DNA of 60,650 nucleotides from an uncultured virus (IMG/VR IMGVR_UViG_3300034082_002390) (IMGVR_UViG_3300034082_002390); one strand, 5' to 3'. Positions 47,156 to 57,712 are shown, numbered from the stretch's first letter. A program made the numbers and translations. Notes: generated by a model from the sequence alone, not told the origin.

Positions 47156-50100
47156 TTAAACAGTAGCAGAGCTAGCTGCTTGTCCCGATGATATCTCACC
47201 AGTGTTCTTGAGACGAACTGGAATGTAAATAAACTCTACTGCTTTTACTGGTTCAATAGCAATATCAACATAAAGTTCGTTACGATCAATTCGAGCTGGG
47301 GTGTTGTTACTTAAATCACACACAACCAGGTAATCGTAAATACCACGTTTTGCCACAAGGTCAATCATTAAACCGTCGATGGCATTGGTAATTTCATTAC
47401 GAGTAATTTGATCGTTTGGTTCAAACACAAACTGTTTACCAATCTCATTCAATCGTCCACGTACAAATGCAACCAAACGTGCAACGTTGATTCGATCCAA
47501 TGCACTGGTAACTGCACTTTCTGTCTTGTTACCGTAGTTGGTAATACCAACACCTGGAATGAATGTGATTGGGTTGATCTTGTTCTGATACAACACATCA
47601 CGAATTCCTTGTCCAGTTGCAATAGTCACAAACTCACCTGTAGCAGATTCAATATAGCCAATGCGTTCAGCATTATCAATAACGCCTCGGCGTACACCAG
47701 CTGGTGCTAACCATGGATAAGCAACTTCGTCACTACGAACAATAGTACGCAACATCATGTGGCTGGCAGGCTGTACAACTTGACTACCGCTTAGATCAGT
47801 TGTTTGGCAAGCTGGGTAGAATACACCAACATACGGATCACTTGTGGTGAAGCCATCGCCCGAAACAAAACCTAATCCACCAGCATCAGTAGCCCAGGCT
47901 TGGATAACAGTACCACTTGGCGGCAAGCGCATTGGTGTGTCGCCAACAATAAAGCCAGTGTTACCACGTTCGTTGTTTAGACGTACCATGTTGATAATCA
48001 ACTCTGGATAGTTAGGGCAACCAAGCAAGTTGAATTGATTTTGCTCTTCACGCAGTGTGTCTTGAGTGTCAATTGCAGACTTCATGGCCGCAACAACAAG
48101 CTGACGCTGTGCCAAACGGCCCATGTAAGGAGTACCATCAGCACGGTTACCATTTGCATTGACCCAAGCATCAGTTTCTAGAGTGGCCCAGAAATTGGTG
48201 TTAGTTGGTGCGTTGCCTGTGGTTGTTGTGGTTGAAATATACAACACACCTTGATACAATACCACAGTATTTGCGGCATAAGCAGTGGTTGCACTGTAAC
48301 CATCCACAGTGAATGTCTGTGGATTGAAGTAGTTGGTCTGGAAACTCTTGACATTGAAACCACTTCGACGAGTGTTAAACAACAAAGTCCCTGTTGGATA
48401 CAGAGCTGAGTCTGGTGCATCTAGATCCAAGTAATTGCTTGTTAGCAAACTGACAATTGTAGGAATGTTATCAGTAATTGGATTGGTTGTGCCATTAGGT
48501 GCCCAACGTGCATCTGCAAACAAAATACCATTGCTGGTTGTTTGGTCTGTATTGTTAATCAACACCCACTGTGCAATATCATTCAGCAATTCCCAACGTC
48601 TAATAACAGGGTATACTTCAAGATCGCTAGTGTCAATCCACAAGTCACCGTACGCCAATGCAGTACCATCACTTTGTGTTAGTGGCTCACTGGCAGAAAT
48701 AATTGGGCCAGCTGGATCTGTTTGTGTTAGGTTATAACCACGCACATCAAGTGCCACGTTGCGGTAGCCTTCCCATCCTGAGCCACTCTGTATCATAATG
48801 TCAACTTGATTTGTTGCACTGTAATACCACAAGCGACCGTCTGCTGGATTCAAGCTAGGAGCAGTTGATGATGCAGTGTAAGTCAATGGAACCCAAGGAG
48901 ACAAAATCAAACTGCCAGTTAAATCGCCAGTACCAGCCTTGACTTCCTCAATACTGGTAGTAAACCCAGCTGACGCTACTGGAGTGCCAGTTACGTTGGT
49001 CAATACAATGACGCCACCTTGACTGTGTGTGAACGAAATAGTGCCTTCGGCTGTTACTGCTGCTGACACAAAAGGAACACCGGCTGCAGAAACTGCTGCC
49101 ACAAAAGCAGCTGGAGTAGTTCCAGAAATTGTAGCTGTTACTGGTGTTGTTAATGTGTTGCTGTTGACAGCACTAGCAGAAATACTGAACTGATTACCGT
49201 TGACAAATGTTGGATCAACTGTTGCACCAGAAACAATTGTTGCGCCGGTTGTTGCACGTTCAAAAACTTTGAGTGTAAGAGTATTGTTGTACACATCATC
49301 GGCATTTATTTCTGGATCAGAATTGTACTGAACGTACAATGCTCCGGCCACAATGTTTTTGCCGCCACCACTTGGATCAAGTGCTTTGTTTGCGCTTTGA
49401 TCGTTTTCATAAATTGGTGAGTTTTGTGTGACAAATGCACCCAGTGCTGCATCATAACGCTTGACTACAATATTGGCACCTTGATTAACCGCAGTTATCA
49501 TGTTCCACACTGATCCAGTAGGACGAGGGTCAGTGTCTGTAGTGCGCCAGCGCGGTACAGTGAAGTTTGCACTTTGTTGCAAAGCAGGTGCGCAATATGA
49601 TTGTGCAGTAAAGCCGATTGCAGTTAATAGTCCTGCAGTACTACTGCTTTCAATATGCACAACGCCACCATCGGCTGTAGAGCCATCAGCAGTTGCAGTG
49701 CTATTGGCATATATTACCAAGCGACCACTTGAGTCAACTGCTGAAGTTACACCAGCAATTGGTACTGCATTGATTGCGTTTGCTAGACCTGTTGCGTTGT
49801 TATTTGGGCCTGCTGGAACTGCTACGCTGGTTCCGTTAATCACTAGAGTATTGCCAGCAGTTAGCGTGACACCAGTCAACGACACTGTGCCCTGCACTGT
49901 GGGCCAACTTGATTTCCAGTCATCGCCACCAACTATTACCCATTGGTTGCTTTCATTCTTGTAATACACTGGGTCGTTTGCATTTGTTGTAACAACTGCA
50001 TAATCACCAATGCTGCCAATGCTGGAGTTTGGAACACTACCAGTAACTTGAGTTGGATCTGTAATAACAATAGGAGTCTTGGTACTAAATGCACCAGTTG

Positions 50101-50554
50101 ACTGATTCCACTGGAAAATACCCCAAGATGTAATACCTGTGTCTAACCAATAAGTACCATTTGTAGGAGAACCAGTTGGACGTGTCAAACTAGCTGTTAA
50201 CTCGGACAAATCAATGTCGGCTCGCTGAACGTAAGCACGGTTGCTAATTCCCAGCACAGAGTTTGCTGCCAATAGTCCGTATTCGTTTAGTTCGTAACCA
50301 TTGATTGGTGTGCCGGCTGCCGTCTTGTAAAAGAACGGATTGCCAAATGTTGCTGCCAAATCGCGTTGACTTGTAATGGTATAAACCTTGCCTGCATTTA
50401 CTTTTAATGTGCCTGCTGCAACGCCGGCACCTGTACCAGATACCTTGTTTTGGGCAGTCGCTATTAAAATGTAAGGGACTGAGTTAGTTGACGCTGGAAT
50501 ATAATTCGACTCGTCAACTACTGTTACTTCTACGCCTGGAGATACTAGTGCCAT
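47156..50554 (-). CDS. Tail sheath protein (gp18-like) with large insertion
   Basis: MALVSPGVEVTVVDES, FGNP, PWLAPAGVRRG, INPI, LDRINVARL, FEPND, PVKAVEFIYI. Confidence 0.95.
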   Translation of the reverse strand: MALVSPGVEVTVVDESNYIPASTNSVPYILIATAQNKVSGTGAGVAAGTLKVNAGKVYTITSQRDLAATFGNPFFYKTAAGTPINGYELNEYGLLAANSVLGISNRAYVQRADIDLSELTASLTRPTGSPTNGTYWLDTGITSWGIFQWNQSTGAFSTKTPIVITDPTQVTGSVPNSSIGSIGDYAVVTTNANDPVYYKNESNQWVIVGGDDWKSSWPTVQGTVSLTGVTLTAGNTLVINGTSVAVPAGPNNNATGLANAINAVPIAGVTSAVDSSGRLVIYANSTATADGSTADGGVVHIESSSTAGLLTAIGFTAQSYCAPALQQSANFTVPRWRTTDTDPRPTGSVWNMITAVNQGANIVVKRYDAALGAFVTQNSPIYENDQSANKALDPSGGGKNIVAGALYVQYNSDPEINADDVYNNTLTLKVFERATTGATIVSGATVDPTFVNGNQFSISASAVNSNTLTTPVTATISGTTPAAFVAAVSAAGVPFVSAAVTAEGTISFTHSQGGVIVLTNVTGTPVASAGFTTSIEEVKAGTGDLTGSLILSPWVPLTYTASSTAPSLNPADGRLWYYSATNQVDIMIQSGSGWEGYRNVALDVRGYNLTQTDPAGPIISASEPLTQSDGTALAYGDLWIDTSDLEVYPVIRRWELLNDIAQWVLINNTDQTTSNGILFADARWAPNGTTNPITDNIPTIVSLLTSNYLDLDAPDSALYPTGTLLFNTRRSGFNVKSFQTNYFNPQTFTVDGYSATTAYAANTVVLYQGVLYISTTTTTGNAPTNTNFWATLETDAWVNANGNRADGTPYMGRLAQRQLVVAAMKSAIDTQDTLREEQNQFNLLGCPNYPELIINMVRLNNERGNTGFIVGDTPMRLPPSGTVIQAWATDAGGLGFVSGDGFTTSDPYVGVFYPACQTTDLSGSQVVQPASHMMLRTIVRSDEVAYPWLAPAGVRRGVIDNAERIGYIESATGEFVTIATGQGIRDVLYQNKINPITFIPGVGITNYGNKTESAVTSALDRINVARLVAFVRGRLNEIGKQFVFEPNDQITRNEITNAIDGLMIDLVAKRGIYDYLVVCDLSNNTPARIDRNELYVDIAIEPVKAVEFIYIPVRLKNTGEISSGQAASSATV

Positions 50555-50653
50555 GATTGCATCCTTCTAAAAATTGTTAATGATATTTATCAAAAACATC
50601 AAAAGAAGGCTGATTGCAGGACCTTAATTAAGGTTTACATCAATAAATAACAC

Positions 50654-50998
50654 ATGCGACCCTTATGCAAAGCTTGCGGCAAGAATTTTGCAGCCGTCAA
50701 CGGATATCATAACGATAAAAAGTATTATCGATCAAGATGTACTACCTGTATACGCCGTGGAAAAGCTTTGCCAGCATTGGCACCCAGATGGAAAACTTCA
50801 GGTTATAAGAAAAAAATCAAGTGCGATCGGTGTGGGTTTAAATCTAGGATCAGTGCTCAACTCATGGTGTTTCACATTGACGGAGACTTGAATAATGTAG
50901 ACCTCCGCAATCTCAAAACTGTGTGCCTAAATTGTGCAGTTGAAGTTACCCGACTTGATTTGACCTGGCGCCCTGGAGACGTAGAACCAGATCATTGA
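50654..50998 (+). CDS. Zinc-binding HNH-like protein
   Basis: CKAC, CTTC, CDRC, HIDGDLNN..NLKTVCLNC; TAAATA 4 nt before ATG. Confidence 0.7.
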   Translation: MRPLCKACGKNFAAVNGYHNDKKYYRSRCTTCIRRGKALPALAPRWKTSGYKKKIKCDRCGFKSRISAQLMVFHIDGDLNNVDLRNLKTVCLNCAVEVTRLDLTWRPGDVEPDH

Positions 50999-51608
50999 CT
51001 TGTGAATACAAGTGGTCCATGGTATTGTTGTTGTCAATAACAGCATCAAAATCTGTACCAACCCAACTGTATTCACTAGCATGCACACCGTTTCTAGCCA
51101 GGTAATTTTTACCTATTGACCAGCCTAGACGCTTTTCGCCGGCATTGAAATTGATTGCATGATCATACCAGTCTGGCTCTGGGCCACGTGTTACCCTGAT
51201 AACAGCGCCGCCAGCGTTTTTTATTGATTTGATTTCGTTTGGAAATCTGCAGTCGCTAATTACAATATTATCACTACTGGTACGCAGTTTGTTTTCTAGG
51301 CTGGCAATCCATATGTCATCATGAAAACCTTTGCGGCATACTTCAGTGCCCCATAATTGTAGCATCAATCTAGGAGTTAAATCAGGCATGTTTAGTCGGT
51401 CGGCCCACCAGGTGTCCACTTGTTCACGCCATTCACGGGCTTGTTTTGTGCGGCCTTCTAGCATGGTCCTATCCCAACCAAACACCTGTGCCACTGCATC
51501 TTTGAGAGTGTTGGCAAAACTTTCTCGTCGAAACTCATGAACGTTTGTTAGATAATCAGCAATGGTATCTTTGCCGCTGCCAATGAATCCGCATACACCT
51601 ATAATCAT
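50946..51608 (-). CDS. Deoxynucleoside monophosphate kinase (T4 gp1-like)
   Basis: GFIGSGKDT, FANTLK, LQLWGTE, ISDCRFPNE, HASE. Confidence 0.9.
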   Translation of the reverse strand: MIIGVCGFIGSGKDTIADYLTNVHEFRRESFANTLKDAVAQVFGWDRTMLEGRTKQAREWREQVDTWWADRLNMPDLTPRLMLQLWGTEVCRKGFHDDIWIASLENKLRTSSDNIVISDCRFPNEIKSIKNAGGAVIRVTRGPEPDWYDHAINFNAGEKRLGWSIGKNYLARNGVHASEYSWVGTDFDAVIDNNNTMDHLYSQVNDLVLRLQGARSNQVG

Positions 51609-52093
51609 TTTAACACTCCTTCAAACCAAGTTTTACATGTTGTCCAGTTGCGATAAACATGGGCTTGCCCGCCAGCCGAGATCCATTCGTTGCAATTGCT
51701 GGATCTATCATCAATTAGTATATCGCTAGGATGCTTGCAGTGACGCCACTTGTCATGGCTAAACGGGCCTAAAAATACAGGCACGCCTGGAAAATAACGG
51801 TTGGCCCACCATACTTTATCTTGTGCGGCATATGGCATTGAGTAGTCATGTGGTAATGCACTCAAGAACTGCAAAGTTCCGCCTGTGCTTTTTGTCAGCT
51901 CTGTGCAGTACACAACCAAATCAATTGCCCCAGTTTTTAATGGCAACTCAAGGTAAAATCTCTCATTGTTTTTGAGCTTGTCCCAATCTGTTTGGGGAAT
52001 ACGCTCACCGGGTTCCCAATCCATGTTTAGCACATTTTTTGCATGAGCCATCCAGTCGGCAACAACATCGTCCATGTCTAAAAATATATTCAT
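51605..52093 (-). CDS. HAD-family 5'(3')-deoxyribonucleotidase
   Basis: FLDMDDVVAD, K..W, LIDDR. Confidence 0.82.
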   Translation of the reverse strand: MNIFLDMDDVVADWMAHAKNVLNMDWEPGERIPQTDWDKLKNNERFYLELPLKTGAIDLVVYCTELTKSTGGTLQFLSALPHDYSMPYAAQDKVWWANRYFPGVPVFLGPFSHDKWRHCKHPSDILIDDRSSNCNEWISAGGQAHVYRNWTTCKTWFEGVLK

Positions 52094-52614
52094 ACCAGTT
52101 GTGTTATGTTTAATTGTTTGAGTGTCACTTGCAACAGGTCAATCTGACGACGGCAATCTTCCAATGCATGGTGGCTAGTGGGTGGTTTGGGCAGGCTTGG
52201 GTACAAGCTGTACACAGTTCTAGCATCGCGTACTACATAAAACTGCCAGGGAATGGGTTTACCAAAGCTTTTATACGCATGTTCAATAATGTTCATGTCG
52301 TATGTGGGACCGTTTGCCCATATGCGTTTGCTCTGCCAGATAAATTTTGCCAACTCGTCAAGAGCTTGGTCTAGTGGGATACGATCAGTTTCACCAAACG
52401 CTTCATCTCTAGCTTCTGCTGGCTGTGATGCCCACCACTCGATTGTGTCCTGTTGAATGCTACGATTTTCTTGGCTCTCCAATGTGATCCTAGCATAATA
52501 ATGCTTGTTGAAATAGCCAGACCCCAGCGGGTCAAAACTCTGCGCCGCTATGGTTAGGATTGTGGTGTCGGGCCCTGTTCCCAGTCCCTCGATGTCTATC
52601 ATTAAGTCTGCCAT
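52090..52614 (-). CDS. DEDDh 3'-5' exonuclease
   Basis: MIDIEGL, WANGPTYD, RDART, HHALED. Confidence 0.85.
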   Translation of the reverse strand: MADLMIDIEGLGTGPDTTILTIAAQSFDPLGSGYFNKHYYARITLESQENRSIQQDTIEWWASQPAEARDEAFGETDRIPLDQALDELAKFIWQSKRIWANGPTYDMNIIEHAYKSFGKPIPWQFYVVRDARTVYSLYPSLPKPPTSHHALEDCRRQIDLLQVTLKQLNITQLV

Positions 52615-52656
52615 ACTGCAAGTATAACAGAATTTTTTACATTTGTCTTGTGGTGT

Positions 52657-53421
52657 TTAGCCAATTACCAGCGTGAGTGGCTGGCTTCCATCAACATAGA
52701 GCTTGAGATCTTCAATACACTTGTCCATTTGTGTTTGAGCCTCAGCTTTCATTGCGGCACCGTTTAGGGTACCACCACCTTGAGGCCCTGCTATAGTGCC
52801 AAACTTTTCACGTGCTTCGCCAATGATCATCTTGCAGGCTGCCACCATGTAGTCACGTATCCATTGACTAATTTGAAAATCGCTTAACAACACAATTTCT
52901 GGACGCAGATTGTATGTCCACAGCAACACCACTTCGCCAGTGCCGCGTGGGTCGCGGATTAGTTGTAATTTTTTAGTAACAGGATTGAACGTGTAATTGA
53001 TATAACCGCCAAACATACGAGCTGCCAATTCAACATATTGTTGATAGAAATCATATGTGGCCAAGCCACCACCAGATTGGTTGAAATTCAACAAATATAC
53101 ATTTAATGTGGCAGCACCAAACGGATCAAAGCTTCCGCCTCCGCCGCCTGTGCCTAGTCCAATTGTGCGTCTAAAAATTTGACGCACAGTTACAACTTCC
53201 TGTGGCATCACATACTCATTGACGCCGTCAAGCAGTTCCATAAAACTGTAGCTTTCTTCATAGGCGTTTTGTGCACGTTGGCGATAAGTGCCTATTGTTT
53301 TTTGATATGCCGCTTCGTAGTGTGAGGGATCTAGCTCAATGTCAACAATTTGATCGCCCAGTTGTAACTGTACGTACTCAATTAGTTGTTTTTTAAGTGG
53401 ATCTAGTGTTTGGTCAGCCAT
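52657..53421 (-). CDS. Neck protein (gp13-like)
   Basis: LGDQIVDIEL, WIRDY, KFGTIAGPQGGGTLNG; TAAATA at 53441-53446. Confidence 0.8.
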   Translation of the reverse strand: MADQTLDPLKKQLIEYVQLQLGDQIVDIELDPSHYEAAYQKTIGTYRQRAQNAYEESYSFMELLDGVNEYVMPQEVVTVRQIFRRTIGLGTGGGGGSFDPFGAATLNVYLLNFNQSGGGLATYDFYQQYVELAARMFGGYINYTFNPVTKKLQLIRDPRGTGEVVLLWTYNLRPEIVLLSDFQISQWIRDYMVAACKMIIGEAREKFGTIAGPQGGGTLNGAAMKAEAQTQMDKCIEDLKLYVDGSQPLTLVIG

Positions 53422-53443
53422 TAGGGAACTCCGTTCCTTCTAT

Positions 53444-54580
53444 TTACCAACTTTTAAGAATGATGATATTCTCGGTACCCCGGCCGTTCCAGGCCACTTC
53501 TGTGGCTTTAATATCTTTAAAGAACTTACGTGCCGCCGGTTTTCCAGCCCCAGTAATAGCCTTTAGCTGTTCTGCTGGTTTACGCAATGTTTTTTGTGTG
53601 GTCTCGGCTGTGCTAAACCCAATAATAGAGTTACTCTTAATTGTAAACTCTTTAGTGTACTCATCCGCTACTATATGGATAAGCTTGCGTTTCTTGGTAT
53701 CATACAACCAAGCCTCTGCTTTGTTAACCAGTGCAGTCGCTGGCAAACTTGTTAGTTTGAGTTCTGGAAAGTCTTTGAGAAACTTGAATTTGCTAGCTTG
53801 TTTCTCTGGGCTCACTGCTTTTTTGGCACGTGGTTTACGCTCAACCTTTTTAATCTGTACATAGGTACCGCAGTCGTTGATCACTGTCTCACAAAATTTG
53901 AGAACATTACGCATTTGAATTTTTGTCAAGTGACTGTAAGCTTCAACTAGTTGAGCATCTTTGCCTTTGACCACTTCTTCAAATTCAGACTGTTTCTTTT
54001 TCCAAATGTCAGCAATGTTGCTCACCATTTGTGGTGCCACATTCATGCCACGAATGGTCATGATTGGTTTGTAGTCTGCCGACATCTTTGCACCTGACGC
54101 AATGAAGTCATCAAATAACGCTTCTAGTTCACCGGCACACTCGCTAACTTTTTCTCGTAGACGATCTTGAATGGTAATCCGTGGAACAGTATCTTCTACT
54201 GCTTCAACTTCTACTTCTATTTGCTTGGTTTCCAGCAATTCTTTCAACAAGTTATCTAGTTTGCTTTGCTCATGTTCGGTTAACTCTAGTCCCATCATGC
54301 TCATGCGACACAACCAGCCGGTGGTAAGACGTATACCAGAATCCGGCACCCCGCGAAGCAATCGAACATCACTCTTGCGACTGTGCAGTTCAAGATAGTT
54401 TACAATCATTTCTCGGGCATCTTTTTTGCCATAAAAATAGTTGTACCACGAAAACGCCTTGCTCAAGGCGCTGATCCGATTGTCTGTGGGCTGAGTTTTC
54501 CATGTTGGCTCCATGCCCATGGCATTGGTATCGGGACTACGTGGGTTCAAGGGCTTGATGGGTTTGGTAGCTACTGTCAT
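53444..54580 (-). CDS. Hypothetical early protein
   Basis: 378 aa, AGGAG SD, own sigma70 promoter. Confidence 0.75.
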   Translation of the reverse strand: MTVATKPIKPLNPRSPDTNAMGMEPTWKTQPTDNRISALSKAFSWYNYFYGKKDAREMIVNYLELHSRKSDVRLLRGVPDSGIRLTTGWLCRMSMMGLELTEHEQSKLDNLLKELLETKQIEVEVEAVEDTVPRITIQDRLREKVSECAGELEALFDDFIASGAKMSADYKPIMTIRGMNVAPQMVSNIADIWKKKQSEFEEVVKGKDAQLVEAYSHLTKIQMRNVLKFCETVINDCGTYVQIKKVERKPRAKKAVSPEKQASKFKFLKDFPELKLTSLPATALVNKAEAWLYDTKKRKLIHIVADEYTKEFTIKSNSIIGFSTAETTQKTLRKPAEQLKAITGAGKPAARKFFKDIKATEVAWNGRGTENIIILKSW

Positions 54581-54606
54581 GCAGACTCCTGTTTGTATAT
54601 TGTGTA

Positions 54607-54635
54607 ATTATAGCACATCGTAATTATTTGGTCAA
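54607..54635 (-). promoter_or_regulatory. Early sigma70-type promoter
   Basis: TTGACC-17 nt-TATAAT with extended TGC. Confidence 0.85.
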
Positions 54636-54905
54636 GTCTGCAGAAAGTAGTACTAAAGTTAAGTCTGCTTCGTTGCGGAATGTGATCCAGTATGGGCGAG
54701 CAACATCACGATCATAACGACTGTTTCGTTCGCCATAATAACTGTACCAGTTCTGGTCACGCGACCAGCCACCGGCCTTTAATCGTTCACGGCAGACTTT
54801 TTCAACCTCGGTTGCTTTTTTGGTCCAGCCTTCAAATCGCAATGCAACTGTGTGCCCATGTTCTTTGAACTGCCGGAATCTGCGGTTTAATTTAACTACT
54901 TTCAT
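54624..54905 (-). CDS. Small early hypothetical protein
   Basis: 93 aa, ATG 6 nt after a -10 box. Confidence 0.7.
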   Translation of the reverse strand: MKVVKLNRRFRQFKEHGHTVALRFEGWTKKATEVEKVCRERLKAGGWSRDQNWYSYYGERNSRYDRDVARPYWITFRNEADLTLVLLSADLTK

Positions 54906-54911
54906 ACCCGT

Positions 54912-54940
54912 ATTGTAGCACTTCTGGAATTATCGGTCAA
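54912..54940 (-). promoter_or_regulatory. Early sigma70-type promoter (leaderless)
   Basis: TTGACC-17 nt-TACAAT with extended TGC. Confidence 0.8.
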
Positions 54941-54961
54941 CCTGTCCATAAATAGTATACT

Positions 54962-56326
54962 ATGCCAAGACTGTCACTTTATCGCCCAAATCGCACAAAC
55001 GATTACCAATTTTTTGATCGAACCATTGCAGAAATGTACACTGTGGGCGGGGTGGATATCTATATCCACAAATACCTGGGACCAAAAACTGGGGGCGAGG
55101 ATTCAGCTGAAAGTGGTAATTACGATGCTACTCAGCCGGTGTACAGTCAAGAGAACCCATTGTTTATTCAAGACTTGCTGTTGTTGGAAAATAGAGATCG
55201 TGCATATGATCCAGACATTTACCAAATGCGTGGTGTTTATCGAGCCCAAGATGTTGATTTTGATCTAAGTCAATTTGGATTGTTCTTGAACAACGACACG
55301 TTGTTTATTACATTTCATTACAACAACATGATCGACACCATTGGACGTAAGCTCATGAGTGGTGATGTTTTGGAAATTCCAAACCTACGAGACATCAATC
55401 CTCTAGATGCTGCTATTCCCAGAGCATTACCTCGTTACTATGTGGTTCAGGATGCTGCCTTTGCCAGCGAAGGTTTTAGCCAAACCTGGATGCCACACTT
55501 GTGGCGCATCAAGGCCACACCAATGGTCAATGCACAGGAATATCAAGAGATTGTGAACAAACCATTTGTTAGTGAACAAATATGGGATTCTGGTAATTTC
55601 TATCCACCGGGCAGTATTGTCAATGCTGGTGATGTGTATTATCAATCTCTAAAGAGCACACCTGTGGGGACTGATATTACCAATACTGAATACTGGCTGG
55701 AAATAGATCCACCAACCACTGCTGACCGTGCAAGCACACGTCCACGCGATTACGAAATCAATGATTCAATCCTGTTACAAGCAGACATCGAAGTTCCGCT
55801 ATCAGGATACGACACTGTGAAGTTTTATATTTTCCCAACCAATCCGGATGGATCACCGGCCAACCCTGGCGGGCCCACTGCGGATTCATCGGTAATCAAT
55901 GCATCGCAGGATATAAATTCTAGTGATGCATCGCAGACTCCAACTAGCGATGGCTACACCATGGGTTACTTGACTGGGGATGGGATTGCGCCCAACGGAT
56001 TGCCAGTTACCCCAGGTGTGAGTTTTCCGGCTAATCCAAGAGAGGGTCAGTATGCTCTTCGATTGGATTACTTCCCCAATCGATTGTTTAGATTCAATGG
56101 CGGTTCCTGGGTCAAGATTGAGGACAATGTTAGAACTGACCTCAACAATGGTCCTAACAACAAAACATTGCGCTCAAGCTTTGTTAACAATACATACACT
56201 GTACCAACTACAGATCTTGGTAATATACCAAGTCGTCAGAGCCTTAGTGAACTACTCAAACCCAGAGCTGACAATGGTGATGACGGTGGCAATTTGCCGC
56301 CAAATCCAAGACCCCCAGGAAGATAA
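54962..56326 (+). CDS. Neck/head-closure protein (gp14-like)
   Basis: GVDIYIHKY, LSQFGL, GDVLEIP; precedes the gp15-like gene; TAAATA 7 nt before ATG. Confidence 0.65.
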   Translation: MPRLSLYRPNRTNDYQFFDRTIAEMYTVGGVDIYIHKYLGPKTGGEDSAESGNYDATQPVYSQENPLFIQDLLLLENRDRAYDPDIYQMRGVYRAQDVDFDLSQFGLFLNNDTLFITFHYNNMIDTIGRKLMSGDVLEIPNLRDINPLDAAIPRALPRYYVVQDAAFASEGFSQTWMPHLWRIKATPMVNAQEYQEIVNKPFVSEQIWDSGNFYPPGSIVNAGDVYYQSLKSTPVGTDITNTEYWLEIDPPTTADRASTRPRDYEINDSILLQADIEVPLSGYDTVKFYIFPTNPDGSPANPGGPTADSSVINASQDINSSDASQTPTSDGYTMGYLTGDGIAPNGLPVTPGVSFPANPREGQYALRLDYFPNRLFRFNGGSWVKIEDNVRTDLNNGPNNKTLRSSFVNNTYTVPTTDLGNIPSRQSLSELLKPRADNGDDGGNLPPNPRPPGR

Positions 56327-56329
56327 TAA

Positions 56330-57712
56330 ATGCAACAGTTCTTTTATGACGAACAGATACGAAGATTCTTGTTACAGTTTACAAGAATCTTTTCAAACTT
56401 TCAAGTAGAATACGGTCGAGATGCCGCTGGGGCTCCTACTTTGTTACGTGTGCCAGTGAGATATGGTGACTCCACTCGTCAAGTACAAACGGTTCTACAA
56501 CAAAACTCATCTAGTAGTTTGCCCAGCACACCATTGATAACATTTTATATCAATGGCATGGAATACGATCGTCCGCGAATGCAGGATCCTTACTTTGTTA
56601 GCAATATTCAAGTTCGACAAAGATCGTATGACCCTGATTCAGAAACATACGAGACCTCACAGGGCAATGCATTCACGATTGAACGCTTGATGCCAGTTCC
56701 TTACAAAATGGGTATCAATTGCGATATCTGGACCAGCAACACCAATCAAAAATTTCAATTGTTTGAGCAAATTTCTACGCTGTTTAACCCTGCACTTGAA
56801 GTACAAAGCACCGATAATTATCTTGACTGGACCAGTTTGAGTGTGGTTGAACTAGATCAAGTCACATGGTCCAGTCGATCAATCCCAGTAGGAACTGATG
56901 ATCCCATAGACATCATGACCATGAGATTTAGTTTGCCAATCTGGATATCAAGTCCAGCCAAGGTTAAAAAGCTGGGTGTGATTGAACGTATTATTGCATC
57001 CATCCATGACAGCAACGGTGATGCTGTTAATGCTATTGCCAACAATGATTTGTTACTGGGTACTAGACAGGCTTTTACGCCGTTTGGATATCAGGTGCTG
57101 TTGATTGGGAACAAACTGCAAGCATTAAAAGTATCTGCTGTGGTCAATCCAACCAATGCCAGTGTACAGCCACCAGTTAGTCCCCCTAGCAACGAGTTCT
57201 GGGGAGCCATTGCTGGCATGTACGGAGTATTGAGACCTGGTATTAGTCAAATACGACTTACCAATCCCTGGGATACTACTACCGAGATTATTGGTCATGT
57301 GACATTTGATCCAACTGATGATAGATTTATGTTGTTTGACGTTGACACAGACACAATTCCACAAAATACATTACCGGCTATAAATGCTGTGATTGATCCA
57401 TTGCTGAGTGGCCCAGGTAGTGGTCTTCCCAATGCTTCAACAGGACAACGATATCTTGTGTTGAATGCCATTGGCGATCTAGACAATCCTGTTCCAGCCT
57501 TGGCCTGGGGTGACTTGGTTGCCGAAGCCAACGACATAGTCGAATTTGACGGATCCTCTTGGGTGGTTGCATTTGCAGCCGGAGTACATTACAATAACAT
57601 ACAATTTGTAACAAACATCACAACTGGTCTTCAATACCGTTGGACTGGTCAAGAGTGGGTCAAGAGTTACGAAGGTTTATATCCAGGTGGCGAGTGGACA
57701 TTGGTATTATGA
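56330..57712 (+). CDS. Tail terminator/sheath stabiliser (gp15-like)
   Basis: FFYDEQIRR..F..IFS, VPVRYG, MPVPY, EQISTLFNP, IWISSP. Confidence 0.8.
   Translation: MQQFFYDEQIRRFLLQFTRIFSNFQVEYGRDAAGAPTLLRVPVRYGDSTRQVQTVLQQNSSSSLPSTPLITFYINGMEYDRPRMQDPYFVSNIQVRQRSYDPDSETYETSQGNAFTIERLMPVPYKMGINCDIWTSNTNQKFQLFEQISTLFNPALEVQSTDNYLDWTSLSVVELDQVTWSSRSIPVGTDDPIDIMTMRFSLPIWISSPAKVKKLGVIERIIASIHDSNGDAVNAIANNDLLLGTRQAFTPFGYQVLLIGNKLQALKVSAVVNPTNASVQPPVSPPSNEFWGAIAGMYGVLRPGISQIRLTNPWDTTTEIIGHVTFDPTDDRFMLFDVDTDTIPQNTLPAINAVIDPLLSGPGSGLPNASTGQRYLVLNAIGDLDNPVPALAWGDLVAEANDIVEFDGSSWVVAFAAGVHYNNIQFVTNITTGLQYRWTGQEWVKSYEGLYPGGEWTLVL

Noticed and set aside
50654..50998. HNH-like gene as a mobile homing endonuclease
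   Set aside because: Short, free-standing, late-promoter driven and not interrupting any gene; no evidence of mobility
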